Source: Kiritimatiellia bacterium (lineage in GTDB: Bacteria > Verrucomicrobiota > Kiritimatiellia > JAAZAB01). From it: a DNA stretch of 64,000 nucleotides. A program made the translations under genes and the position numbers. This document shows, piece by piece, positions 34,254-42,845 of the stretch (positions are counted from its first letter, which is position 1; the number at the start of each line of letters is the position of its first letter). The DNA lies in NCBI GenBank assembly GCA_040767085.1, contig JAXGPF010000009.1:196486-260485 (forward strand), given 5' to 3'. The notes beneath the pieces were generated by a model. The model was given only the letters and a program-made list of their open reading frames with translations, was not told where the DNA came from and did no database searches.

Positions 34254-34703
34254 TTAAACCTGGTGAATAGCGTATTTCACCACACCCCAGATGTCGAGTT
34301 CCATTTCGCCCGCCAGCCGGATCGGCGGGAAGGCGGGATTGGCGGCGCGCAATTCCACCTGCCCGTTGCGTTTCCAGATGCGCTTGACGGTCAACTCGCC
34401 GTTCAGCACCGCAATCACCACGCTGCCGTTTTTCGGCTCCAGGCTGCGGTCCACCACCAGTAAATCGTTGGGGAAAATGCCGGCGTCGCGCATACTTTCG
34501 CCAGTCACCCGCACGAAAAAAGTCGCCGCCGGATTACGCACCAGGTGTTCGTTTAAATCGAGGGCGCCCTCCATGTAATCGTCCGCCGGCGAAGGAAACC
34601 CCGCGGCGACCTTGGCGCCGAAAAGCGGCCGCGGGCGGCTGACCGCAACGCGGGCCGGGTGGATGGCGGCAATCACGGCATTGGGTTTGGATTTGCTGCG
34701 CAT
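34254..34703 (-). CDS. umuD: UmuD autopeptidase (S24)
   Basis: VAAGFPSPA cleavage site, GESM catalytic Ser, TVKR catalytic Lys; no DNA-binding domain. Confidence 0.92.
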   Translation of the reverse strand: MRSKSKPNAVIAAIHPARVAVSRPRPLFGAKVAAGFPSPADDYMEGALDLNEHLVRNPAATFFVRVTGESMRDAGIFPNDLLVVDRSLEPKNGSVVIAVLNGELTVKRIWKRNGQVELRAANPAFPPIRLAGEMELDIWGVVKYAIHQV

Positions 34704-34763
34704 GAAGATGATCCCCCGCCGGCGGCCCCGCGCATCGCGGGGGAAGCCGGCCTGCTTGCAAGG

Positions 34764-35558
34764 TCAGCCCGAGTCCAGAAGGCGGGCGGCATTGCCGCCG
34801 AGGAGCAATTCCTCGCGCGGCGCGCCCAGGTTCAACCGGCGCACCTGGGCGATTGCCTGGGCCTGGTCGGTCCAGGGCGAATCCGTGCCGAACATCAGGT
34901 ATTCCGCCGGGTGCCCCAGCAGCAGGGCGCGGGCGGAACCCGCGTCCATGCATTCCAGGGAGAAGGCGGTTTCGATCCACACCGGCTGCCCCAGCAAATG
35001 CCGGCGCACCTCTTCCCAATCGCACCACGCGCCGCAATGGGTGCTGATGAAGCACAGCCCGGGAAACCGCCGGACCACGTTCATGATCCGGCGCGGGTCC
35101 GCCCGGCGGTCGCGCGGATAGGCCATGTCAAAACCGGTGTGGCAAAAAAGCGCCAGGCCGCAGTCGCGGACCGCTGCGTACAGCGGCGCCATCTCCGGGG
35201 CATCCAGCACAAAATCCTGGTAATAAGGGTGGAGTTTGAGGCCGCGGAACCCGGCTTCGCGAATGCGCCGGATATTATCCTCAGCCGCCGGGTCGGCGGG
35301 GTGGACGGATGGGAAAGGGATGATGCGGTCGGAACGGATTTTTTCCGACCACTGCAAAATCGGCAGGAATTGCGCAGGGCGCGTGGCAATCGAATGCACG
35401 GCCGAGCGGGCGATGCCGGCGGCATCCATGGATTCCAGCAGCGCCTTGACCGTGCCGTTCAAAAAGGCGCGGGTAGTGGCGCCGGCCTCCAGCGCCGCCA
35501 GGGCGCGGGGCGCCAGGGCATCGGGAAAGGCATGCGTATGAATGTCAATGATTTCCAT
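34764..35558 (-). CDS. Amidohydrolase family metal-dependent hydrolase
   Basis: IDIHTH, GLKLHP, HTG, FGTDSPW. Confidence 0.85.
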   Translation of the reverse strand: MEIIDIHTHAFPDALAPRALAALEAGATTRAFLNGTVKALLESMDAAGIARSAVHSIATRPAQFLPILQWSEKIRSDRIIPFPSVHPADPAAEDNIRRIREAGFRGLKLHPYYQDFVLDAPEMAPLYAAVRDCGLALFCHTGFDMAYPRDRRADPRRIMNVVRRFPGLCFISTHCGAWCDWEEVRRHLLGQPVWIETAFSLECMDAGSARALLLGHPAEYLMFGTDSPWTDQAQAIAQVRRLNLGAPREELLLGGNAARLLDSG

Positions 35559-36381
35559 TTTGGCAAACCGGACAAATATGTGTGCCGCGCTGCGCTACCA
35601 CCAACCGCTGAATCACGGCCCCGCACCGCCGGCAGGGCCGGCCGGCGCGGTGAAACACCTGCAGCCAGCGTTGATGCCCGCCCTGGCGGCCGGAAACCAG
35701 CTTGAAATTGCCCAACCCTTCGCCCAGCGTCGTGCCGCCATGGCGAATCCCCTGCGACAACACCCGGCGGATGGCCAGGCGCAGGCGCGCCGCCTCGGCG
35801 GCAGTCAGGCTGTCAGCCCGGCGCATCGGCCCCAGGCGCGCCGCCCAGAGGGCTTCATCCACGTAAATATTGCCCAACCCCGCCAGAAACGCCTGGTCCA
35901 GCAACAGCGGTTTCAAGCGCCGGGCGGTGTGGCGCAACCGGCCGCGCAGCCAGGCGGCGGAAAAATCCCGCGAAAGCGGTTCCGGGCCCAGGCGTGACAA
36001 AATGGCCCCGGGGTCGTCGGTCACCAGCCAGCGCCCGAACTTGCGGGTATCGCGGCAACGCAATTCCAGACCGCGGTCCAAGCCGATCACCAGGTGCTGA
36101 TGCCGGTCGCGCGGCGCGCCGGATGCCAGCGCCGCCAGTTGGCCGGTCATCCGCAGGTGGCCCAGCAAGGTCCAGCCCCCGGAGAGGCTGATCACGATAT
36201 ATTTGGCGCGGCGCGCCACGCCCGTGATGCGGCGGCCCTGCAGCCGCCGCGCGAATTCCGCCGGCGCCAGCGGGGCGACCATGGACGGGCAATCCAGCCA
36301 AACCCGTTGAATCCTGCGCCCCGGCAACCGCAGCGCCTGTAAACCGCGCACCACCGTTTCAACTTCCGGCAATTCGGGCAT
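35545..36381 (-). CDS. mutM: Formamidopyrimidine-DNA glycosylase
   Basis: MPELPEVE, HLRMTG, GLGNIYVDE, C-terminal zinc finger CRRC...CPVCQ. Confidence 0.96.
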   Translation of the reverse strand: MPELPEVETVVRGLQALRLPGRRIQRVWLDCPSMVAPLAPAEFARRLQGRRITGVARRAKYIVISLSGGWTLLGHLRMTGQLAALASGAPRDRHQHLVIGLDRGLELRCRDTRKFGRWLVTDDPGAILSRLGPEPLSRDFSAAWLRGRLRHTARRLKPLLLDQAFLAGLGNIYVDEALWAARLGPMRRADSLTAAEAARLRLAIRRVLSQGIRHGGTTLGEGLGNFKLVSGRQGGHQRWLQVFHRAGRPCRRCGAVIQRLVVAQRGTHICPVCQNGNH

Positions 36382-36398
36382 GGCTGGTCCGCGCGGGC

Positions 36399-36437
36399 AA
36401 AAAAAATGCGCCGGCGCGGTTGTAACCCGCCGGCGCA
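36399..36437 (-). terminator. Intrinsic terminator after the RRM gene
   Basis: TGCGCCGGCG/CGCCGGCGCA stem followed by T8 on the minus strand. Confidence 0.75.
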
Positions 36438-36460
36438 CAAGGTCGAAAAAACTGGTTTAA

Positions 36461-36772
36461 TTAACGGCGATACCCGCCGCGGGAGCCGCCGCCAAAATCG
36501 CCGCCACCGCGGGGCGCGCGTTCCTCGCGCGGACGGGCTTCATTGACCGTCAGGGGGCGGCCTTTGAAATCCTGACCGTTGTATTCGGCGACAGCCTTGG
36601 TGCCATCTTCTTTCGATGCCATTTCCACAAAGGCAAAGCCGCGGGACTTGTTCGTGAACTTGTCGACAATCAACGTGCAATCCGAAACCGTGCCAACCTT
36701 CTCGAACAACTCGCGGATATCCGCCTCGCAAATGTCAAAAGGCAGATTTCCCACATACAACCTCGTACCCAT
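36461..36772 (-). CDS. RRM (RNP-1) RNA-binding protein with Gly/Arg tail
   Basis: LYVGNL (RNP2), SRGFAFVEM (RNP1), LTVNEARPR. Confidence 0.95.
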   Translation of the reverse strand: MGTRLYVGNLPFDICEADIRELFEKVGTVSDCTLIVDKFTNKSRGFAFVEMASKEDGTKAVAEYNGQDFKGRPLTVNEARPREERAPRGGGDFGGGSRGGYRR

Positions 36773-36959
36773 ACTGATCCTCCATGCGCCGCCGACGACC
36801 CGGTGACTGTTCCCGACTTATTCGGGTTTCGGAAGCCCAACCCAAGGGGCATTGGGCTTCCACCATCTCACCAAACCGCACACTGACAGCTACTAAAGCG
36901 GAACTCTATCAACTTTCAAACAGGACGCAAGCTATTTTTTTGTTTTTTTTCGCGGGGGC

Positions 36960-37298
36960 TCAGGCTGGTTTCTGGCGGATCATGGTGAGCAGCATCTTAA
37001 AACGCTGCACGGCCCGCAAGGAATGGGGCACGCCCGCTGGCATAATGAAGAACGCCCCGGCGCCGACGACCGCCGGCCGGCCGGCCAGCGATATTTCCGC
37101 CGCGCCATCCAGGATCTGCACCACGGCGTCAAACGGCGCCGTATGCTCGCTCAACCCCTGCCCGCGATCGAAGGCAAACAAAGTAATGGTGCCCGCCGGG
37201 TGGTCCACCAGCGTCTTGCTGACCACCGCTTCTGCGGCATAATCCACGGCGCCCAACAAATCCAAGGCCTGCCCTGCCGGAATGTTATTGCCGGACAT
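36960..37298 (-). CDS. Cupin domain protein
   Basis: LFAFDRGQGLSEHTAPFDA...MPAGVPHSL. Confidence 0.88.
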   Translation of the reverse strand: MSGNNIPAGQALDLLGAVDYAAEAVVSKTLVDHPAGTITLFAFDRGQGLSEHTAPFDAVVQILDGAAEISLAGRPAVVGAGAFFIMPAGVPHSLRAVQRFKMLLTMIRQKPA

Positions 37299-37372
37299 AT
37301 TCCCTGCCCTTCCCGTCGTTTGCGGCCGCCCGGGCGGGATGACGCCCGCGCCCGCCGCAGCCGCTGAAAAAA

Positions 37373-37449
37373 TGGTGGAGGATAAGGGAGTCGAACCCTC
37401 GACCTCTTGAATGCCATTCAAGCGCTCTAGCCAACTGAGCTAATCCCCC
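37373..37449 (-). tRNA. tRNA-Ala (GGC)
   Basis: GGGGGATTAGCTCAGTTGGCTAGAGCGCTTGAATGGCATTCAAGAGGTCGAGGGTTCGACTCCCTTATCCTCCACCA: full cloverleaf, G3:U70, A32-U38, encoded CCA. Confidence 0.98.
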
Positions 37450-37509
37450 CTGAAAAATCCCGTCATTAATACCACAACCCCGGCAGCGGCGCAATGGTTT
37501 TTTTAAATG

Positions 37510-38895
37510 TGTCGTAAACAAATGACTTGGCCGCATAATTAACAAATGATTTGTCCGCTTAAAGCTGTCAGGATGGTGCATTCAAAGGGGGGTTATATGG
37601 ATGAATATCCGAAGGCAGCACTGGAGCGGGCAATGAAGGTACAGGAAGTGATCTTGCGTGCGATTGAAGGGCGGTTAATGTGGTGGGAGGCGGCGGAGAT
37701 ACTAGGTGTGAGCTACCGGACCATGCGGCGCTGGAAAGGGCGCTACGAGCGGTATGGTTACGACGGGCTGCTGGATCGTCGGCGGAAGATACCGGGGCCG
37801 CGGCGCGTGCCCCTTGCGACGGTGAAGCAGGTGCTGAGGTTGTACCGAGAAGAATACATGGATTTCAATGTGAGGCATTTTCACGAGAAGCTGCAGGCGG
37901 AGCATGGGATCGAGCTCAGTTATCAGTGGGTCAAGAGCGCCTTGCAGACGGCCGGGTTGGTGGCGAAGGCCCGGAAACGAGGGCCGCATCGGCAGCAGCG
38001 GGAACGGCGACCAATGGCGGGGATGATGTTGATGGTGGATGGCAGCACCCATGCCTGGTTGCCCCTGCTGGCGGGCCAGAAGCAGGATCTGATCCTGGTG
38101 ATGGACGATGCCACCAGCGAAGTCTACACGGCCTATCTTGTGCCCCAGGAAGGGACATTAACGGTGATGAAGGGGTTGAAAGAAGTCATTATTAAACATG
38201 GGGTTTTCTGCAGTCTGTACACGGATCGTGGCAGTCATTTCTTTTATACGCCCAAAGAAGGCGGGGCGGTGGACCGGCGTCAATTGACGCAAATTGGACG
38301 GGCGTTGCAACAGTTGGGGATCGAACATATTCCGAGCTATAGCCCCCAGGGACGTGGGCGAATAGAGCGGATGTTTAAGACCTGGCAAGGGCGCCTGCCG
38401 CAGGAATTAAGGCAGGCGGGAATCCGGACGATGGCCGAGGCCAACGTCTATATTCAACAACAGTTTCTGCCTTCCTTCAATCGCAACATGAAGGTGAAGG
38501 CGCGGGAAACAGGAACGTGTTTCGTGCCTTGCGGTGAGCAGGATTTGGACAGCATTTTCTGTGTGCAGCATGCGCGAGAGGTTCAAAATGACAATACCGT
38601 GGCTGTCGGGAGTCGCCGCTTGCAGATTGGACCATCAAAATGGCGTTTCAGCTTCGCCAAGTGCCGGGTTAAAGTCTGCGAGCACCTCGATGGCACGGTG
38701 TCCATCCGTTATGGCCCGCATGTGGTTGGCCGCTACCAAGGACCGTTGAACATTTCGGCGTCGCTGGAGGACGTCGCATAAACTTTTTCCTCCCCCGCGG
38801 GGGAGGAAAATCCTCACCCCAGGAGCAACAACACACAATAACAAATCGGACAGATCACTTGTTACAAAAAGCGGACACTTGACTTGTTACGAACA
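37510..38895 (+). mobile_element. Insertion sequence, IS1202-family-like (formerly ISNCY)
   Basis: TGT...ACA ends, imperfect IRs (TGTCGTAAACAAATGACTTGGCCGC vs TGTTCGTAACAAGTCAAGTGTCCGC), 15-bp direct repeat TGGTTTTTTTAAATG at 37495-37509 and 38896-38910. Confidence 0.9.
37597..38781 (+). CDS. DDE transposase (HTH plus integrase core)
   Basis: EAAEILGVSYRTMRRW HTH; VDGSTH, YTDRGSHF, GRIERMF triad. Confidence 0.93.
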   Translation: MDEYPKAALERAMKVQEVILRAIEGRLMWWEAAEILGVSYRTMRRWKGRYERYGYDGLLDRRRKIPGPRRVPLATVKQVLRLYREEYMDFNVRHFHEKLQAEHGIELSYQWVKSALQTAGLVAKARKRGPHRQQRERRPMAGMMLMVDGSTHAWLPLLAGQKQDLILVMDDATSEVYTAYLVPQEGTLTVMKGLKEVIIKHGVFCSLYTDRGSHFFYTPKEGGAVDRRQLTQIGRALQQLGIEHIPSYSPQGRGRIERMFKTWQGRLPQELRQAGIRTMAEANVYIQQQFLPSFNRNMKVKARETGTCFVPCGEQDLDSIFCVQHAREVQNDNTVAVGSRRLQIGPSKWRFSFAKCRVKVCEHLDGTVSIRYGPHVVGRYQGPLNISASLEDVA

Positions 38896-39220
38896 TGGTT
38901 TTTTTAAATGGAGCCAATTTCAAAAGTCCCCCGGCGGGTTTATCCCGCCGGAGACCAAGGTTATGCAAAACGCCACGTGTTGCTCAAAAACAACATCTTG
39001 TATTTTTGCATGACCTTTCGTTCCTGCCACGCAAGGTGGCAGGGGACGACTTTTGAAATTGAATCACTGGTTTTTATATAATAATTCGCGGCATTTTCCC
39101 GAATGCATTCCGGTTTTCCCTTGCCGTTTACGCATGCCGCTTGCGGGCAAAGTTTTGCGCTTGCCGCGCCCTGGCGTGGATTGAATGATCCGGCTCCGAG
39201 CGCCATTTTTGGCGGCGGCT

Positions 39221-39463
39221 TCAATCGTCAAGCTTCCCGGCTTTATCCAGTGGGATCGGTTCATGCTTCTGAATTTCAATGGCGCTTTGCCGCTGGCGAT
39301 CATTCGGCTGAAAGGCATCCACGAGCGCCATCGTGACATCCACCAGCTCCGCCGACTTGTACCTCGCCAGGGTATCCTTGTCCCACTTGGAGACAATTAA
39401 GCCGACGTCCGCAGCCTTGGCAATCTCCGGCATCTGATCCTTGATGTGCAATTGACTGGTCAT
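39221..39463 (-). pseudogene. 80-aa ORF, possibly the C-terminal remnant of a larger (OmpH/Skp-like?) protein
   Basis: ATGA overlap with the GAF gene stop; HIKDQMPEIAKAADVGLIVSKWD...VDVTMALV reads like a C-terminal half. Family assignment is from memory only. Confidence 0.3.
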
Positions 39464-40143
39464 TCCCATGCCCCCATCTCCATTTTGTAGCATTCCGGGC
39501 AGATTCCGTGCGAAAGCATGGTGCCGGAGATATCACAGACGTATTCTTCCACCGTAACCCATTTGCCTGTTTTCCCTCTGATTTTCTTGCAATAGCTGCA
39601 TATCGGATATATTTTACTTAAATCATCGAGCAAACGGTCGCGGCGGTTTATTTCCTCTCTTGCTAAAATGATTCGAAGCGATAATTCAATCATTTTTTTA
39701 ATCTGCTCGACCAGTCTGATGTGCAGGTCATTATGCGCATTCTGCTTGTTGTCTATGAAACAGACTGTCCCGAACTGCCCTCCATCGGGGCGGTTGATCG
39801 GCAGCCCAAGATACGAGATCATATGCAGGTCGACGGCAGCAGCATTATCCTTCCAACGGACATCTTGTGTTGCATCAGGAATCAGATTAAGGCCTTTGCT
39901 CTTCAGTGTATGTTCGCAGAACCATCCGGAATTCGGGTAGCGGGATTTGAACGCTGTGGAATATGGATTGTTTTCCGTCTCGCTGGATAGAAGAATCTCG
40001 ATTTCCTCCCCGTCCACGCGGGTAATCAGCCCGGCCGGAACACATATAATCTTAGCCGTATCGTTAAGCATGTTTTGCCATTCTTGCAAAACATCCTCGG
40101 TAAGCGTTTTATGATCGAAAGGGTTCGCATCCAGATTCTTCAT
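39460..40143 (-). CDS. GAF-domain protein with C-terminal Cys-rich domain
   Basis: SYLGLPINRPDGGQFGTVCFID GAF motif; PICSYCKKIR...LSHGICPEC; GAGGAGG RBS. Confidence 0.85.
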   Translation of the reverse strand: MKNLDANPFDHKTLTEDVLQEWQNMLNDTAKIICVPAGLITRVDGEEIEILLSSETENNPYSTAFKSRYPNSGWFCEHTLKSKGLNLIPDATQDVRWKDNAAAVDLHMISYLGLPINRPDGGQFGTVCFIDNKQNAHNDLHIRLVEQIKKMIELSLRIILAREEINRRDRLLDDLSKIYPICSYCKKIRGKTGKWVTVEEYVCDISGTMLSHGICPECYKMEMGAWE

Positions 40144-40278
40144 ATCCTCCTCTCAACAACAGGTTTGTCGGCAATCAGGACAAGTTCAGCCTTCACGCGC
40201 TGAGGAAGCCGTACCCGGCGCATTTGCCGGAGCGTAGCGCGCCGGGGAACGGCACGGCTTGGTCCCTGGTTCTGCAGT

Positions 40279-40791
40279 TTACCGCTCTTGCTCCGTCGCC
40301 GGCTTTGCTTGTTTGAGTTCTTTGGTCAGGGCTTGGATTTTTGGCATGATCTGCATCATTATCTTCTGGGTTATTTCCATGGACCGTTGCATCAATTCCG
40401 GCTGCTTCTTGATGAATGCCTGGCCGGCCGGGGATTTGTAGAAGGCGACCGTGTCCTTCAACTCCTGCTCGGTGAACGTTTCCGCATAAAGAGCAATGTA
40501 GTCGCCCTTCATCTTCTCCCAGCTCAATTCCGCGGCGATCATGTCCATCATCTTTTCCATGTGGCCGATCGCATTTGCGGGCATGTTCGTCGCGCCCGCG
40601 GTCTCTTTCATTTTTTCCATCTGCGCCGGGATCATTTGCTTCACCATTGCGAATGACTTTTCAATGGTGTCCTGCATGTTCATGAGAGTCAGGAGTTCTT
40701 CCGCTATTGCACGGCGCTGCGTCTCTTGCGCATGCACTCCGCACACTCCCATCACCAAGATCGCCGCGATCGAGCTGACCATCCTGATCAT
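40279..40791 (-). CDS. DUF2059-like exported protein
   Basis: Signal peptide; LYAETFTEQELKDTVAFYKSPAGQ motif. Confidence 0.8.
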   Translation of the reverse strand: MIRMVSSIAAILVMGVCGVHAQETQRRAIAEELLTLMNMQDTIEKSFAMVKQMIPAQMEKMKETAGATNMPANAIGHMEKMMDMIAAELSWEKMKGDYIALYAETFTEQELKDTVAFYKSPAGQAFIKKQPELMQRSMEITQKIMMQIMPKIQALTKELKQAKPATEQER

Positions 40792-40960
40792 ACCGCCTCC
40801 TCTTTTCCGACTCCGGGACCTTCTCGTTTTCGGCCAGGCACATGGGTCCCTTGCATGTTGCTGTCGCAGGCGGCGCGTTGCGGTGTACGGTCCGGCCGCC
40901 GGCTTAATGCTCGTCTCTCTTTTATATTTGCTTCCCGGCAATTACACAGAGTCATGCCGA

Positions 40961-42025
40961 TCAAACGCGGGCATAATGGATGGTGAACAGGGCAAAATAC
41001 TCATCGTCATAACAACTGGAATCGCACCGGCATTCGAATTCCGGCCGTAATTCCTGCTCGAACAATGCCAACCATTGCCGGCGCAGCATGTGGTAATCAT
41101 TGCGGCAGCCGCGCGCCTGGGTCAGCAACGAAACCACCTCGGTCATCAGGAACCGGTCAACGCAATCCCGGGCGACTTCCACCGGGGCGTCATGCGAGAA
41201 CACAAAATCGGTCATCCGGGCATAGGATTGATAAATTGAGAGAGCCAATTCCGGCGTGTGCAGTTCAGGCAAATCATTATTGGCATCCAATTCGAACAGG
41301 ATCAAATTATCCAGATGCGGTTTTAATTCGCGCAAATGCGCAATTTTCTGTTCATAAGTCATATGGTGATAGGAAAGCGAACAGACGGCCAGATCGAACA
41401 TCCCTTCCAACCGGCCGGCGATTTCTTCGATCCGACCTTGCAGCACATTGATTTTCGCGCCGGGCAACGCCCCGCCCACCGTGCGGCGGGCCAGTTCCAG
41501 CATGCCGGCGGACGGATCAACCAGCAGAATTTCACCGATGTCGCCTACCCGCCCGGCATCGCGGAGATGTTGAAGCAGGCGGACGGTGAGGCCGCCGTCG
41601 CCGCAGCCAATATCCAGCATGCGCAGCGGTTTTTTCCGCGCTGACAGCGAGTGGGCGCATTGCTCCATAAATTTCCGGCGCGATTCGCGCATGACCGGCA
41701 CGGTGGTAAAATGCACATACGGCCGCGGATCGGCAAACACCTGTTCGGGCATTGCCAGGCGGCCGGCGTGCCGCTCAAGGAACCCGGTCAAAAACGTGTT
41801 CAAAAACAGTCCGTCATCCTCAATCATGGCGCCGGCGGTCATCCAGGCGCGGCCGGCGTCGGTATTGCCACCGGCCGCCAGCATGGTTCCGCAGTAAAAA
41901 TCGAATGCCGGACGCAGGTTGTTCCGCGCGGCATAAGGCGATTGCCCGGGCGCCAGGTTGTTTGCGCGGATTTCATCGAACCAATCAACCCATTGTTTTT
42001 TTTCAGCTGAAGACAAAAACAACAT
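40961..42025 (-). CDS. Class I SAM-dependent methyltransferase
   Basis: MLDIGCGDG, VDPSAGML, SLSYHHM. Confidence 0.85.
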   Translation of the reverse strand: MLFLSSAEKKQWVDWFDEIRANNLAPGQSPYAARNNLRPAFDFYCGTMLAAGGNTDAGRAWMTAGAMIEDDGLFLNTFLTGFLERHAGRLAMPEQVFADPRPYVHFTTVPVMRESRRKFMEQCAHSLSARKKPLRMLDIGCGDGGLTVRLLQHLRDAGRVGDIGEILLVDPSAGMLELARRTVGGALPGAKINVLQGRIEEIAGRLEGMFDLAVCSLSYHHMTYEQKIAHLRELKPHLDNLILFELDANNDLPELHTPELALSIYQSYARMTDFVFSHDAPVEVARDCVDRFLMTEVVSLLTQARGCRNDYHMLRRQWLALFEQELRPEFECRCDSSCYDDEYFALFTIHYARV

Positions 42026-42065
42026 GCCGGTCTCCTTGTCTTAAGCGCAATCAGACTCACGGCCC

Positions 42066-42122
42066 GGCCAGGCACTGCGCGCCTGGCCGGCAAGCCGGAC
42101 ACGCGGTGCCCGGCAGTTCGGC
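42066..42122 (-). repeat. Truncated attC (outer arm of the long family) closing the mazEF cassette
   Basis: Inverse core GCCGAAC (42122-42116) about 10 bp after the mazF stop; adjacent ~50 bp homologous to 47320-47370. Confidence 0.7.
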
Positions 42123-42132
42123 CTCCATTTTC

Positions 42133-42474
42133 TCAAAATTCGAGCAGTGCCCCGACTTTGTTCAGAACCTCCTGCACGGTTTCTTCCGGGACGCGACACA
42201 GAAACGTTGCCCCGCGCATATGCCAGTCCATGCTCTTGACCTGATCGGAGAGTGCTGCTCCCGATGCCTTTAGCCCCGCTGGAATCAGTACCTCGAAAGG
42301 ATATCCCTTGATTTGATTTGTGAGGGGGCATAGGATTGCCAGACCTACCTTGCGGTTGTAGGACTCGGGCGACAGGACGAGGGCTAACCGATGACCTGCT
42401 TGCTCATGTCCTGCCTGCGGGTTGAATGAAATCCACACAACGTCACCTCGCTTCGGGCAGTACGCGGGCATCAC
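42133..42474 (-). CDS. mazF: MazF endoribonuclease toxin
   Basis: PKRGDVVWISFNPQAGHEQAGHRLALVLSP..YN, KGYPFEV, DQVKSMDW. Confidence 0.93.
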   Translation of the reverse strand: MMPAYCPKRGDVVWISFNPQAGHEQAGHRLALVLSPESYNRKVGLAILCPLTNQIKGYPFEVLIPAGLKASGAALSDQVKSMDWHMRGATFLCRVPEETVQEVLNKVGALLEF

Positions 42475-42716
42475 CAGACCTCCCGTCCCACAGCCGCGCC
42501 GGTCTTGACCTCCGAATGGACATTACGTTCTGTCACACCTTTGAGCAGATCTTCCAACCGGGGCTTTGGCTCCGCATGCCGGGGTTCAATAACGATCTTC
42601 CCATCGTTGAGGAACAGATTGACCGGTGTCCCATAAGCAACGCGAGCCTCTTCGACAAACGCCTTGGGAATTCGAACCGCCAAGCTGTTTCCCCACTTTT
42701 GAATCTTCGTTTGCAT
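42471..42716 (-). CDS. mazE: MazE (AbrB-fold) antitoxin
   Basis: MQTKIQKWGNSLAVRIPK, C-terminal VGREVW; overlaps the mazF start. Confidence 0.93.
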   Translation of the reverse strand: MQTKIQKWGNSLAVRIPKAFVEEARVAYGTPVNLFLNDGKIVIEPRHAEPKPRLEDLLKGVTERNVHSEVKTGAAVGREVW

Positions 42717-42731
42717 GATCCCCCCCCTTCC

Positions 42732-42772
42732 GTGTCTACAAAGAAGATACGACAAAGCGCACCGAGAAACAA
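42732..42772 (-). promoter_or_regulatory. mazEF promoter/operator
   Basis: TTGTTT-N17-TATCTT with an overlapping imperfect palindrome GTATCTTCTTTGTAGACAC. Confidence 0.65.
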
Positions 42773-42785
42773 GAACTTTCCTCCC

Positions 42786-42845
42786 GCCGAACGTCCCGGC
42801 ATCATGCTGAGCGCGTAGCGCGATCGCATGATGCCATTATTCGGT
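42786..42845 (-). repeat. Short attC site (60 bp)
   Basis: ACCGAAT-AAT-GGCATCATGC...GCATGATGCC-GGGAC-GTTCGGC; begins at the stop of the upstream ORF. Confidence 0.72.
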
